Origin: an uncultured Alphaproteobacteria bacterium
Lineage (GTDB): Bacteria; Pseudomonadota; Alphaproteobacteria; Sphingomonadales; Sphingomonadaceae
Direction: 5' to 3'
Assembly (NCBI GenBank): GCA_963761775.1
Contig: CAVXIF010000011.1
Coordinates: 405,215-469,214, forward strand
Length of the DNA stretch: 64,000 nt
The notes beneath the pieces were generated by a model. It saw nothing but the letters and a program-made list of their open reading frames with translations. It was not told the origin of the DNA and made no database searches. Both the position numbers and the translations under genes were made by a program. Positions within the stretch are counted from its first letter, which is position 1; each line of letters begins with the position of its first letter. Of the stretch, positions 1-9,852 are shown one piece after another.

Positions 1-199
1 ACGAAGTGGTTAAACCGGTATTGCGTTAACCCAACGCATCTGCCATCGCTCCACCGTGTAGAGGCGAAAAATTACAATAATTCAGGTCGATTCCCTCGAA
101 CCTGGCCCTCTTGATGGTTGTCGCGAAACGAATTTGGCAGTGATGCTGCCGGCGATACCCGCCCTATGCGGGGTTGCTTGATAAAGGGGTTAAATTACC

Positions 200-3100
200 A
201 TGCGTGTGAACTTCACGAAATTCGCGGTCCTGTGCGGATCCGCTTCCGGTCTGGCGCTGGCCAGCGTGGCCATCGCACCTGCCCCTGCAATGGCGGGCGA
301 ATGCCTGCTCGACACGAACGATGACGGTGTGCCGACTGTCTCGGCCACTCCCGGCCAGAGCGATACTGACGGCGGGGCGGATGCCAGTGGGTTTGAAGCC
401 ACTGCCTGCGGTGAAGGCACGATCGCTACGGGTCGCGCTTCGATTGCGTTAGGAACACGAGCGAATGCTTCCGGCAGTGGATCTATTGCCATTGGAGGCG
501 ACCCTGATCTTACAGCAAATGTACTGGCGACAGGAAATCTGAGTATCGCTATGGGCGCTTCAGCTCGGGCCGTCGGAGACGACTCCGTTGCTATAGGAGG
601 CTCGGCTTTTGCAAGTGAGGGTGCAGTGGCGGTTGGCCGTCGGGCTAACGGTGGGCAATTTGGCGGAAACGCCGTCGCAGTAGGAACCGAAGCGACCGCG
701 ACCGGAGACCAAAGTGTCGCTATTGGCTTTAATACGCTAAGCCCGAGTGGGAATGCAGTATCGATCGGTGCGAATAGCCGCGCTAATTCAGTTGCCTCGG
801 TCGCGATCGGTGGAGGCGCTAGAGCCTTTGGTGCGAGAGGTACCGCACTTGGTTCCAACAGTAGTGCGGCTAATGTAAATTCGGTTGCGCTTGGCACTGA
901 TACCAACACTAACGCTGCAAATCAGGTCGCTGTTGGAAACCGCACTATCGGCCAGCTCGCCGCCGGTGTCGTGGGAACCGATGCGGTCAACCTGAACCAG
1001 TTAAATGCAGTCATGGCGATGGCGGCCAGCAACAACGCCAACGTAACGACCACCGGCGCAGCGGCTTCGGCTACGGGTGCAGAATCGGTTGCGCTTGGCG
1101 GTGATGCTGCAAGCATCGGCAGACGGCGCGGTCGCCATCGGTGAAGACGCGCAGGCGAGCAGCGAAAACGCGGTCGCCATCGGTCGCGGCGCAATCGCCA
1201 GCGGCTCGACTGCAGTGGGTGGCGGCGCATTGGCAACCGGCGCAAACTCGGCGGCCTTTGGTGAAAATGCTTCGGCAACGGGCGACAACAGCAGCGCGCT
1301 GGGTGAAAACTCCGATGCCAATTTCGGCGGCGCAACTGCCATCGGTGCGGGCGCGCAGGCCGTCGGTGTCGATGCACTCGCTATCGGTTCGGACGATGCC
1401 GGTGCCGCTTTCACGACGGCAACTGGTAACTCGACAACGGCTGTCGGCGGCGAAGCACGGGCAACCGGTCCGGGTGCCACCAGCTTCGGCTGGCGCTCAA
1501 ATGCGGCAAACGAGCGTTCGACCGCGCTCGGCCACCTCGCCACGGCTTTTGGCCTACGCTCGACTTCGGTGGGTGAGAATGCGGACGCGCAGTCCGATTT
1601 CTCCACTGCCGTCGGTAACGAGAGTATCGCCAACGGCAACAACTCGGTGGCGCTGGGCAATACGGCCGTGACCGCGGGCGACGCGGCCATCGCGATCGGC
1701 AACAACAGCAACGCAACGGGCGTCGATGCTCTTGCCATCGGCGGCGACGATGCCGGTACGGGGGCGCAGGCGTTGGGCAATTCGACCACGGCTGTCGGCG
1801 GCGAAGCAAGGGCGGCCGGTCCGGGTGCGACCAGCTTCGGCTGGCGGTCCAATGCGGCGAACGAGCGTTCGACCGCGCTGGGCCACCTCGCCACGGCGTT
1901 CGGCCTGCGGTCCACGTCGGTCGGTGAAAATGCGGACGCTCAGTCCGATTTCTCGACCGCCATCGGTAACGAGAGCATTGCCAACGGCAATGATGCGGTC
2001 GCTATCGGTACAACGGCGGTAACGGCCGGCAACTCGACCACGGCGGTCGGCGGCCAGTCCACGGCAACCGGCCCGGGTGCAACGGCCTTCGGCTGGCGTT
2101 CCAATGCTGCTGCGGAGCGTTCGACGGCGCTGGGTCATCTCGCCACGGCGTTCGGTCTACGGTCGGTGTCCGTTGGCGAAAATGCCGACGCCCAGTCCGA
2201 CTTCTCGACCGCCGTTGGTAACGAGAGCATAGCCAACGGCAACGATGCGGTCGCCATCGGAACCGAAGCCATTACTTCGGGCAATTCCACCACGGCGGTC
2301 GGCGGTCAGTCGCGGGCAGCCGGCGCGGGTGCCACGGCATTCGGTTGGCAGTCCAACGCAGCGGCCGAACGGTCCACTGCGCTGGGTCACCTCGCCACGG
2401 CGTTTGGCCTGCGGTCGGTATCGGTAGGCGAGAATGCGGACGCGCAGTCCGATTTCTCGGTCAGCATCGGTAACGAAAGCATCGCCAACGGCAACGATGC
2501 GGTCGCTATTGGCACGATGACCACGACCAGCGGCAACTCCACGACCGCTGTCGGCGGTATGGCCAATGCGGCTGGTCCGGGTGCCACGGCGTTCGGTTGG
2601 CGTTCCAACGCGGCGAACGAGCGTTCGACTGCACTGGGCCACCTCGCCACGGCGTTCGGCCTGCGCGCTACGGCGATCGGTGAGAATGCGGATGCACAGT
2701 CCGACTTCTCGACCGCCATCGGCAACGAGAGCATCGCCAACGGCAACAACTCGCTGGCAGTCGGTAATGCGGCTGTGACGGGCGGGGCGAATGCCATTGC
2801 TATCGGTAACGGCGCGTCGGCCACTGCGGACAACTCGTTGGCACTGGGTAACGGCGCAACGGCAACCAATGCCGGTCAGGTCGTTCTGGCCGGGCTGGAC
2901 ACCAGCACCACCAGCCAGACCGGCACGCTGTTCGGTGTGACAACCGATGCGAACGGCACGCTCGGCCGCACGGCGATGGCAACTGCCGTTGGCCAGGCCA
3001 ACAATGCGGCGGCTATCGGCGTTAACACCGCAGCCATCGGCACGCTGGGTACCAACGTGACTGCGCTGCAGGCGCTGACCTCGGCGCAAACGGGCCAGAT

Positions 3101-3374
3101 CAACACGCTGTTCGCTGCCTCGGCAGACAACCGCGCGGCGATCGACCGGTCCAATGAAGGCGTCGCCATGGCGCTGGCCATGGAATCGCCCGGCCTGCCT
3201 GCGGGCACCAGCTTCGCCCTGTCGGGTGGCGTCGGTTACTTCGAGAACCAGGGTGCCGGTACGGTTGCCCTGTCTGCACGGGTCGGCGAGAATGCCGCAT
3301 TCTCGGCAGGTGTCGGTGTCGGGTTCGACAGCGGCGAAGTCGGCGCACGTGGTGGCTTCCAAGTCGCCTGGTAA
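200..3374 (+). pseudogene. YadA-like trimeric autotransporter adhesin, frame broken once near 1105-1125
   Basis: ORF 200-1144 has a Sec signal peptide (..LALASVAIAPAPAMA) and Ala/Gly/Asn head repeats (SIAIG, SVALG). It continues in another frame as ORF 1077-3374 with NSTAVG/STALG repeats, a stalk, and a C-terminal beta-anchor (GVGYFENQGAGTVALSARV...GGFQVAW). Confidence 0.8.
1425..2784 (+). repeat. Tandem coding modules inside the adhesin: one 351-nt unit followed by four 252-nt units
   Basis: Units start at 1425, 1776, 2028, 2280 and 2532. Each begins GNSTTAVGG...GPGAT.FGW.SNAA.ERSTALGHLATAFGLRS.SVGENADAQSDFS..GNESIANGN. DNA is also highly similar between units. Confidence 0.85.
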
Positions 3375-3392
3375 GGGGTTACAAACTCGGTC

Positions 3393-3947
3393 ATGAGACT
3401 GACCGAACCAAAATCGAAGATGCCGGGGCCTCGTGCTCCGGCATTTTTCGTTGCAGCCGCCCTGATCGTTTTCGCAATGCCTGCACTGGCGCAGCAACAG
3501 CCGCTCGTGCCGGGGCAATCTGTGGCGCAACCGCAAATACAGCCACCACCCTCGATCCGCCCGACGCCCAGCCAGCTTGAATTGTCGAAGATGATCTGGT
3601 CGATCATGGCGGCGGTCGATCACGCGAACCAGTCCGGTAATTATTCGGTGTTGCGCGACATTTCCGCGCAGGGTTTTCAGATCCAGAACAATGCCGCACG
3701 CCTGACCGAAATTTTTGCGACCATCCGCAATTCGCGCGCCGACCTGTCCAACGCGCTGCTGGTCCCGCCGACCTATACGCAGGCACCCCAGATGATGCGC
3801 GAGGACATCTTCCGCGTGCAGGGCCTGTTCCAGATGCGGCCCAGCAGCCTGGCGTTCGACCTGTATTTCCAGTGGGAGCAGGGGCGATGGAAGCTGGTCG
3901 GTATCGATTTGCAGCCGCTGGAGATGATTCCCGGAGCGGCGGGCTAG
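3393..3947 (+). CDS. Hypothetical exported protein
   Basis: 184-aa ORF with an N-terminal hydrophobic signal (APAFFVAAALIVFAMPALAQQ) and normal coding composition. No family recognised. The start could be the internal Met at 3420. Confidence 0.5.
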   Translation: MRLTEPKSKMPGPRAPAFFVAAALIVFAMPALAQQQPLVPGQSVAQPQIQPPPSIRPTPSQLELSKMIWSIMAAVDHANQSGNYSVLRDISAQGFQIQNNAARLTEIFATIRNSRADLSNALLVPPTYTQAPQMMREDIFRVQGLFQMRPSSLAFDLYFQWEQGRWKLVGIDLQPLEMIPGAAG

Positions 3948-3954
3948 GCGCTTT

Positions 3955-5358
3955 CTATCCGTGCCCGGCTGCAACCGGATGCGGACCAAGCGCGCAGCCC
4001 ATCGCCCTGATCGCATCGACCTTGCGATATAGCGGCCGCCAGTCATCCTTGCGGTCAACGGCGTCCCAGATGGCTTCGACTTCGTCGATGAGGATCGATT
4101 CCGGCTCGCCATCCCAATAGGAATCGTCGCTCTCGACAGGTGTCAGGTCGGCAAGCGCCTCGCGCAGCGCGCCATCGGTATCCCGTCCGCCGCGATGGAC
4201 ATGAAAGAACCGGTCGGGCGACACGCCGCTGGCGCGCATCTGCGCCTCGCTGGCGGCGACGATCCGTCCGTTCGTTTCCGCATCGCCCGGCTCTACCCCA
4301 AGCCGCCAGCACCAGCGTTGTCCGATAGCCTCCATGTAAAGGGGGCCGAACCGGTCCAGCGCCGCGATCAGCGGTGGCGCGTCCGACAGCGCACGCAAGG
4401 CGACCGCCAGTTGCCCGCAATTCCAGTGTACCGCCTCGGGCTGGCGACCGAATGCATAAAGGCCCTGGTGATCGAAATAGGCAGCAGTGAATGCGGCGTC
4501 CCAGCGCGGCAGCCAGCGCCACGGCCCGTAATCGAAGCTCTCGCCGGAGATATTCATGTTGTCTGTGTTCAGCACACCGTGGACGAACCCCGCGACCATC
4601 CAGCTTGCGGCCAGATCGGCCGAGCGTTCCACCACCTGATGCAGCAACCGCACCGCGGCTTCGTCGCCACCGGCGGCATTGGCAGGCGGGAGCGGTCCGG
4701 GAAACTGCGTCAGGCAATAGTCCACCAGTTGCGCCATGTTTTCGGTTTGCTCCAGAGCGAGTAGCCGCTGGAACGTGCCGAAGCGGATATGGCCGTGGCT
4801 CAACCTGGTCATTACGGCGGAGCGGGTGGGCGATGGTTCGTCGCCACGCTGCAACGCCTCGCCGGTTTCCACCACGGCGAGCGTCTTCGAGGTGTAAACG
4901 CCCAAAGCCTCCAGCATTTCGGTGGCCAGTATCTCGCGCACAGCGCCTTTCAAGGTCAGCCGTCCGTCGCCCGACCGGCTGTGCGGCGTGCGGCCCGACC
5001 CCTTCGTGCCGCAATCGAGCAATCGCCCCGTATCGTCGCGCATCTGGGCGAACAGGAAGCCGCGCCCGTCGCCTATGTCGGGGTTGTAATTGCGGAACTG
5101 GTGGCCGTGATAGCGCAGCGCCAGCGGTTGGGGCAGGTTGTCGGGCAAAGCCGCGAAGCGCCCGAAATGCGCGATTTTTTCCGATTCCGACAGAGTGTCC
5201 AGGCCGATACTGGCGGCGGCACGTTCGTTCCAGTATCGCAAGCGCGTCTGCGGGAATTGCGCTGCTTCGACCGGATCGCCCAGCCAGTCTGCCAGTGAAA
5301 CGATGGGTGTTTCGGGACGATAGGAGGCGCCGGTCATGCCAAGCGTGTGGCGCGCCAC
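3955..5358 (-). CDS. selO: Protein adenylyltransferase SelO (YdiU/UPF0061 family)
   Basis: Motifs match the family: LALRYHGHQFRNYNPDIGDGRGFLFAQ, GTKGSGRTP, GDGRLTLKGAVRE.LATE, MTRLSHGHIRFGTFQ, VHGVLNTDNM.I.GESFDYGPW. The start may be the Met at 5337. Confidence 0.85.
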   Translation of the reverse strand: MARHTLGMTGASYRPETPIVSLADWLGDPVEAAQFPQTRLRYWNERAAASIGLDTLSESEKIAHFGRFAALPDNLPQPLALRYHGHQFRNYNPDIGDGRGFLFAQMRDDTGRLLDCGTKGSGRTPHSRSGDGRLTLKGAVREILATEMLEALGVYTSKTLAVVETGEALQRGDEPSPTRSAVMTRLSHGHIRFGTFQRLLALEQTENMAQLVDYCLTQFPGPLPPANAAGGDEAAVRLLHQVVERSADLAASWMVAGFVHGVLNTDNMNISGESFDYGPWRWLPRWDAAFTAAYFDHQGLYAFGRQPEAVHWNCGQLAVALRALSDAPPLIAALDRFGPLYMEAIGQRWCWRLGVEPGDAETNGRIVAASEAQMRASGVSPDRFFHVHRGGRDTDGALREALADLTPVESDDSYWDGEPESILIDEVEAIWDAVDRKDDWRPLYRKVDAIRAMGCALGPHPVAAGHG

Positions 5359-5396
5359 GGTGAAAGCTGCAATGGGAAAGCGGACAGATAACGGAT

Positions 5397-6287
5397 ATGA
5401 ACAGCATGACGACGCAGCACGATGACGAGCGGCATTACAGCAACGAAACGTGGCCCAGTGCCGAAGGGCTGGCGCTGTATTATCGCGATTATCCGGCAGC
5501 GAGCGTAGCCAAGGAAACGCCAGTCATCTGCCTGCACGGACTGACCCGCAACGGGCGCGATTTCGCCGGTCTGGCCAGCCGGCTTGCGGCAACCCGCCGC
5601 GTGATCGTTCCCGATATGCGCGGACGCGGCAAAAGCGAATATGCTGCGGACCCCGCGACCTACACCCCGCAGACCTATGTCGCCGATGTGCTGGCGCTGC
5701 TCGACCGGGAAGGCATTTCGCGCGCGGCGTTTATCGGCACGTCGCTTGGCGGGTTGATGACCATGCTGTTGTCGGCGCAGCAGCCGGACCGGATCGCGGC
5801 AGCGGTGCTGAACGATATCGGCCCCGAAATAGACGCAGCCGGACTGGATCATATTCGCGGGTATGTGGGGCAGGGGCGTAGCTATCCGACCTGGATTCAT
5901 GCCGCGCGCGCATTGGAAGATCTGCACGCGGATGCGCATCCTGCATTCGAACTGGAAGACTGGCTGGCGATGGCCAAGCGGGGGATGGACGTGCAGCAGA
6001 GCGGGCGCATCGGGTATGATTACGATATGAAAATTGCCGAGCCTTTCGCGCAGGACGAAGGCGCCGCGCCGCCTGACCTGTGGCCCGCGTTCGAAAGTCT
6101 GGACGGCAAACCGGTGCTGTTGGTGCGCGGTGCTTTGTCGAACCTGCTCTCGCCTGAAACCTACGCCAGGATGCAGGCGCGCCTGCGCGGCGCAGCGGCG
6201 GTTACGGTGCCCGACATCGGCCATGCCCCCTTGCTGACCGAGCCAGTCTGCGCTTGCTGCCATCGAAGCGTTGCTGGCCGATATTGC
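5397..6287 (+). CDS. Alpha/beta hydrolase; in this sequence it reads through into the next gene
   Basis: VICLHGLTRNGRDF, IGTSLGG nucleophile elbow and DIGHAPLL near the C-terminus. There is no in-frame stop before the ATG at 6288. An alternative frame gives SALAAIEALLADIA-stop at 6289-6291. Confidence 0.75.
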
Positions 6288-7436
6288 ATGAGCGCGAAGC
6301 GGGAAAAGGCGGCGCGCATCCTGCATCTGCATTCCACATTTGCGGCGGGCGGCAAGGAACTGCGTTCGGTCCAGATCATGAATGCCTTGGGCAAGCAGGC
6401 GCAGCATACGATCGTGTCCGCCGATCCTTCGCAACTCGCCGCCAAGGCGCATATTGCGCGCGGTGTGAAGGCGAGCTTTCCGACCGATTTTCCATCGCTG
6501 CGCGGTCGCCCTACGCCAGGACGGCTGAACCGTATCGCCCGCGCGATGAAGCCGTTCGACTTGGTGCTTACCTACAACTGGGGCGCAATGGATGCAGTGA
6601 TGGCGCACACGCTGTTCCGCGAGCACCTCGGCTTGCCAGCGCTGGTGCATCACGAGGACGGGTTCAACGAGGACGAGCGCGACGGACTGAAGACGACACG
6701 CAACTGGTATCGGCGGATCGCGCTGGGCAGGGCGTCGGGATTGGTCGTGCCGTCCGAAACGCTGGAGGAGATCGCGCTGGAAACCTGGCAACAACCGCTG
6801 GGCCGGGTGAAGCGCATTGCCAACGGGATCGATACCCGCGCCTTTGCCAGGAAGCCGAAGCCCGATGCGCTGCGCGGTGTCATCAAGCGGCGCGAGGAGC
6901 GCTGGGTGGGCACGTTGGCGGGCCTGCGCCGGGTCAAGAACCTGCCCGCACTTGTGCGCGCGTTCAGGACGCTGCCCGAACCGTGGCAACTTGTGATTGT
7001 GGGCGAGGGACCGGAAGAGGCCGCTATTCGCGACGAAGCGAACCGGCTCGATATCGGACACCGTGTCCATCTTCCCGGCTTTGTGCCCGATCCGGCGCGG
7101 TTTGTCGGGCTGTTCGATATTTTTGCGCTGTCGTCGGAGACCGAGCAGTTTCCAATCTCGGTCGTGGAGGCGATGGCGGCCGGTCGTCCGGTGGTCGCGC
7201 CCGATGTCGGTGATGTGGCAGACATGATCGCGCCCGCCAACACGCCCTTCGTCATTCCCGCCGGTGACGACAGCGCGCTCGCATCGGCGCTCGAAAGGCT
7301 CGCCGCCGACGATGCTTTGCGCAAAGCGGTGGGCGAGGAAAACCGTCAGCGTGCCGTTGCGGAATATGACGAGCGCCGTATGCTCGACACATATCGCCGG
7401 CTTTACGGTTCCGCGATGGGCCGCACGCTCGCCTGA
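6288..7436 (+). CDS. Glycosyltransferase family 4 (GT-B, GT1 superfamily)
   Basis: MSAKREKAARILHLHSTFAAGGKE N-terminus and the C-terminal EQFPISVVEAMAAGRPVVAPDVGD motif typical of GT4. It forms one continuous ORF with the hydrolase (5397-7436). Confidence 0.8.
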   Translation: MSAKREKAARILHLHSTFAAGGKELRSVQIMNALGKQAQHTIVSADPSQLAAKAHIARGVKASFPTDFPSLRGRPTPGRLNRIARAMKPFDLVLTYNWGAMDAVMAHTLFREHLGLPALVHHEDGFNEDERDGLKTTRNWYRRIALGRASGLVVPSETLEEIALETWQQPLGRVKRIANGIDTRAFARKPKPDALRGVIKRREERWVGTLAGLRRVKNLPALVRAFRTLPEPWQLVIVGEGPEEAAIRDEANRLDIGHRVHLPGFVPDPARFVGLFDIFALSSETEQFPISVVEAMAAGRPVVAPDVGDVADMIAPANTPFVIPAGDDSALASALERLAADDALRKAVGEENRQRAVAEYDERRMLDTYRRLYGSAMGRTLA

Positions 7437-7552
7437 CGGCTTCAGTCCGTATTCACGCGCGGCGCGCGAAGAATTGCATCCTTGCCATCATCGGTTAAAG
7501 ACGCGCGCACAGTCTTTTTCCGCCAACTATTGCAGACAGGAAGCGCCCCCGC

Positions 7553-8373
7553 GTGGCCCTACCCCCGACAAATACCTCGCAACACCTCCCGCGACGACGA
7601 AACCGCGTGACGACGATCGAAAGGCGAAGCGCAAAGCCGCGGAAGACGAAGTGCTGCTGCGCGAGATAGACGATGCCGTGCGGCAGGATCGCTATACGGA
7701 CTTTGCGAAAAACTACGGGCGTATCGTCATCGCGGTGCTGGTCATCGGCCTGCTGGCTTTTGCCGCCTATCTGTATTGGGACAGCCAGCGCGAAGCCGCG
7801 ATGGAGGCAGATAGCGAGGCGCTGGTCGGCGCGCTCGACCAGCTGGAGGCAGGCAACCTGCAAACGGCGGACGGTCAGCTCGATACGCTGATTGCCGAGG
7901 GCGAGGGACTGGCGGCAATCAATGCGCAGATGTTGAAAGCGGGCATTGCGCAGCAGGACGGGCGCAATGCCGATGCGGCGAAGCTGTATGCGGCGGTCGC
8001 GGCCAATGGCGATGCGCCCCAGGCGCTGCGCGAACTGGCGACGGTGCGCGATGTGGCGGCACGGTTCGATACGATGAAGCCTGCTGATATCGTCGCGGCG
8101 CTGGAGCCGCTGGCCAAGCCGGACCGCCCGTTCTTCGGCAGCGCGGGCGAAATGCTGGCCATGACGTATCTCGATCAGGACAAGGATGCGCAGGCGGGGG
8201 CGCTGTTTGCATCGATTGCCAAGGCGGACGACGTGCCGGAAAGCCTGCGTTCGCGTGCGCGCCAGATGGCGGGATTGCTGGGCGTGGATGCAATCGTGGA
8301 TGTCGATGAGATAATGGAAGAGCTGGCCGTGCCAGCGGGCGAACCGGGTAATGCTCCTGCCGCCGCACAATAA
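7553..8373 (+). CDS. YfgM-like single-pass membrane/TPR-like protein (start uncertain)
   Basis: Basic N-terminus, one TM (IVIAVLVIGLLAFAAYLYW), then a helical Ala-rich periplasmic domain. It sits directly upstream of bamB, as yfgM does. There is no in-frame ATG after 7436. Candidate starts are GTG 7553 (other frame, SD AGGAAG, would need a 1-nt indel in the C5 run at 7562-7566) or the in-frame GTG at 7651. Confidence 0.55.
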
Positions 8374-8422
8374 GGCCACCGTTGCGCCGATGCACGCGAT
8401 GGGCCGATAGAGGATTTTGGAT

Positions 8423-9766
8423 ATGCGTTTCTACCAAGGCTTTCTCGCACGGGCTGCCATTTCCGTTGGCGCTGCTCTGGCACTGTCGGGTTGCGGCATC
8501 ATTGGCGGCAATAGCGAGCCGAAGACCACGCCGACGACGGGCGACCGCGTTCCGGTCCTCTCGCGCATCCAGACCGGCGCACAGATCGACCAGGCGCTGC
8601 AATCCGTTGCGGTTGTGCTGCCGCCTGCGCGCGCAAATGCCGAATGGGCGCAGAATGGCGGCAATGCGGGCAAGTCCAACGGGCACCTCGCAATTTCCGA
8701 TAATCCGTCCCCCGCCTGGACCGCGCAGGTTGCCGGGTCCAGCAATCGCAGGCGGCTTGCGGCGGCACCGGTTATCGGCGGTGGCGGGCTGTATGCGGTC
8801 GGCACGGACGGCGTCGTCAACGCCTTCGATGCGCAGAGCGGCGCGCGGCGCTGGACCTATCGCCTGCCGATGGCCGAGGGGTTGTCCGCAGCGGCCTTCG
8901 GGGGCGGGGCAAGTTACGACAACGGCCGTGTCTATGCGACCAGCGGCACCGGACAGGTCGTGGCGCTGGATGCGACGAACGGGTCGGAAATCTGGTCGGT
9001 TACGCCCGCCGGGCCGCTACGCGGATCGCCTACGATTGCATTCAACTCGGTGTTCGTGATGACGCAGGACAACCAGATCCACGCGCTGGATGTAACCGAC
9101 GGCAAAACACTATGGCGCGAATCGGGATCGACGGCGCAGGCGGGTGTATTCGGCGTCGCTGCGCCTGCTGCCGGACAGGGCACCGTCGTTGCCGGATACA
9201 GCTCGGGCGAGCTGGTCGCATATCGCTATGAAAACGGTCGCACGCTGTGGTCCGATGCGCTTGCGCTGACGTCCATCTCGACATCCGTTGGCTCGCTCTA
9301 CGATATCGACGCCGATCCGATTATCGACGATGGCCGTGTATATGCGCTGGGGCAGGGCGGTCGCATGGCGGCGTACGAGCTGGTCACCGGGCAACGCGCG
9401 TGGGAGCTGAACGTCGCGGGGATTTCGACCCCGGCGATTGCGGGCGAGTGGATTTTCGCGCTGACCGACGATGCGCGCCTGCTCGCCATTGCGCGCACGA
9501 CGGGCAAGGTGCGCTGGATCAGCCAGCTGCAACGCTTCCGCAACGAGAAGAAGAAAAAGAACCCGATATTCTGGACCGGTCCGGTGCTGGCGGGCAATTC
9601 GCTATGGGCGGCGAGCACCGAAGGCGAGCTGCACAAGGTTAGCGTGGGGGAGGGGTCGTCCGCCCTTTATCGCGATCTGGGCGCTGCGGTCTCGCTCCCG
9701 CCGGTGGTCGCCAACAATACGCTGTACGTACTGGACGATAGTGGGCGCATCCACGCCTTCCGTTAA
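8423..9766 (+). CDS. bamB: Outer membrane protein assembly factor BamB (PQQ-like beta-propeller lipoprotein)
   Basis: Lipobox ALALSGCG, repeated beta-propeller blades (GRVYA...G.V.ALDA.TG...W) and the yfgM-bamB order. SD AGAGGA lies upstream of ATG 8423. Confidence 0.8.
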   Translation: MRFYQGFLARAAISVGAALALSGCGIIGGNSEPKTTPTTGDRVPVLSRIQTGAQIDQALQSVAVVLPPARANAEWAQNGGNAGKSNGHLAISDNPSPAWTAQVAGSSNRRRLAAAPVIGGGGLYAVGTDGVVNAFDAQSGARRWTYRLPMAEGLSAAAFGGGASYDNGRVYATSGTGQVVALDATNGSEIWSVTPAGPLRGSPTIAFNSVFVMTQDNQIHALDVTDGKTLWRESGSTAQAGVFGVAAPAAGQGTVVAGYSSGELVAYRYENGRTLWSDALALTSISTSVGSLYDIDADPIIDDGRVYALGQGGRMAAYELVTGQRAWELNVAGISTPAIAGEWIFALTDDARLLAIARTTGKVRWISQLQRFRNEKKKKNPIFWTGPVLAGNSLWAASTEGELHKVSVGEGSSALYRDLGAAVSLPPVVANNTLYVLDDSGRIHAFR

Positions 9767-9852
9767 AAGGTGACGTGCCGCCCGTCCCGCTGCGGGATGC
9801 GGTCATTGTCGTTACCGACACCTTAACCTCTCGCGCGCTACGGCTGACCGCC

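Noticed and set aside
118-324. Small ORF (68 aa) overlapping the adhesin start, and ORF 190-909(-) antisense to it.
   Set aside because: Neither has an SD or motifs. The region is better explained as the adhesin 5' region, with its signal peptide starting at ATG 200 preceded by AAAGGGG.
1425-2784. Regularly spaced repeats that might suggest a CRISPR array or satellite DNA.
   Set aside because: The repeat units are 252-351 nt, contiguous with no unique spacers, and maintain one open reading frame encoding adhesin modules.
2157-4112. 651-aa ORF on the minus strand across the adhesin and the next gene. Similar long antisense or off-frame ORFs occur at 5334-7070(-), 16463-17821(+), 25617-28148(-), 28162-29547(+), 37735-39402(-), 39281-41422(-), 51897-53135(-), 54878-56440(-) and 59140-60570(-).
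   Set aside because: Their translations are Arg/Pro/Gly/Ala-rich low-complexity strings typical of stop-poor alternative frames in ~65% GC DNA. In every case the opposite strand or frame encodes a protein with clear family motifs.
7264-7436. The 5' part of ORF 7264-8373 overlapping the end of the glycosyltransferase gene.
   Set aside because: The overlap region translates to a non-conserved basic or Cys-containing peptide. The recognisable YfgM-like sequence begins only after ~7560.
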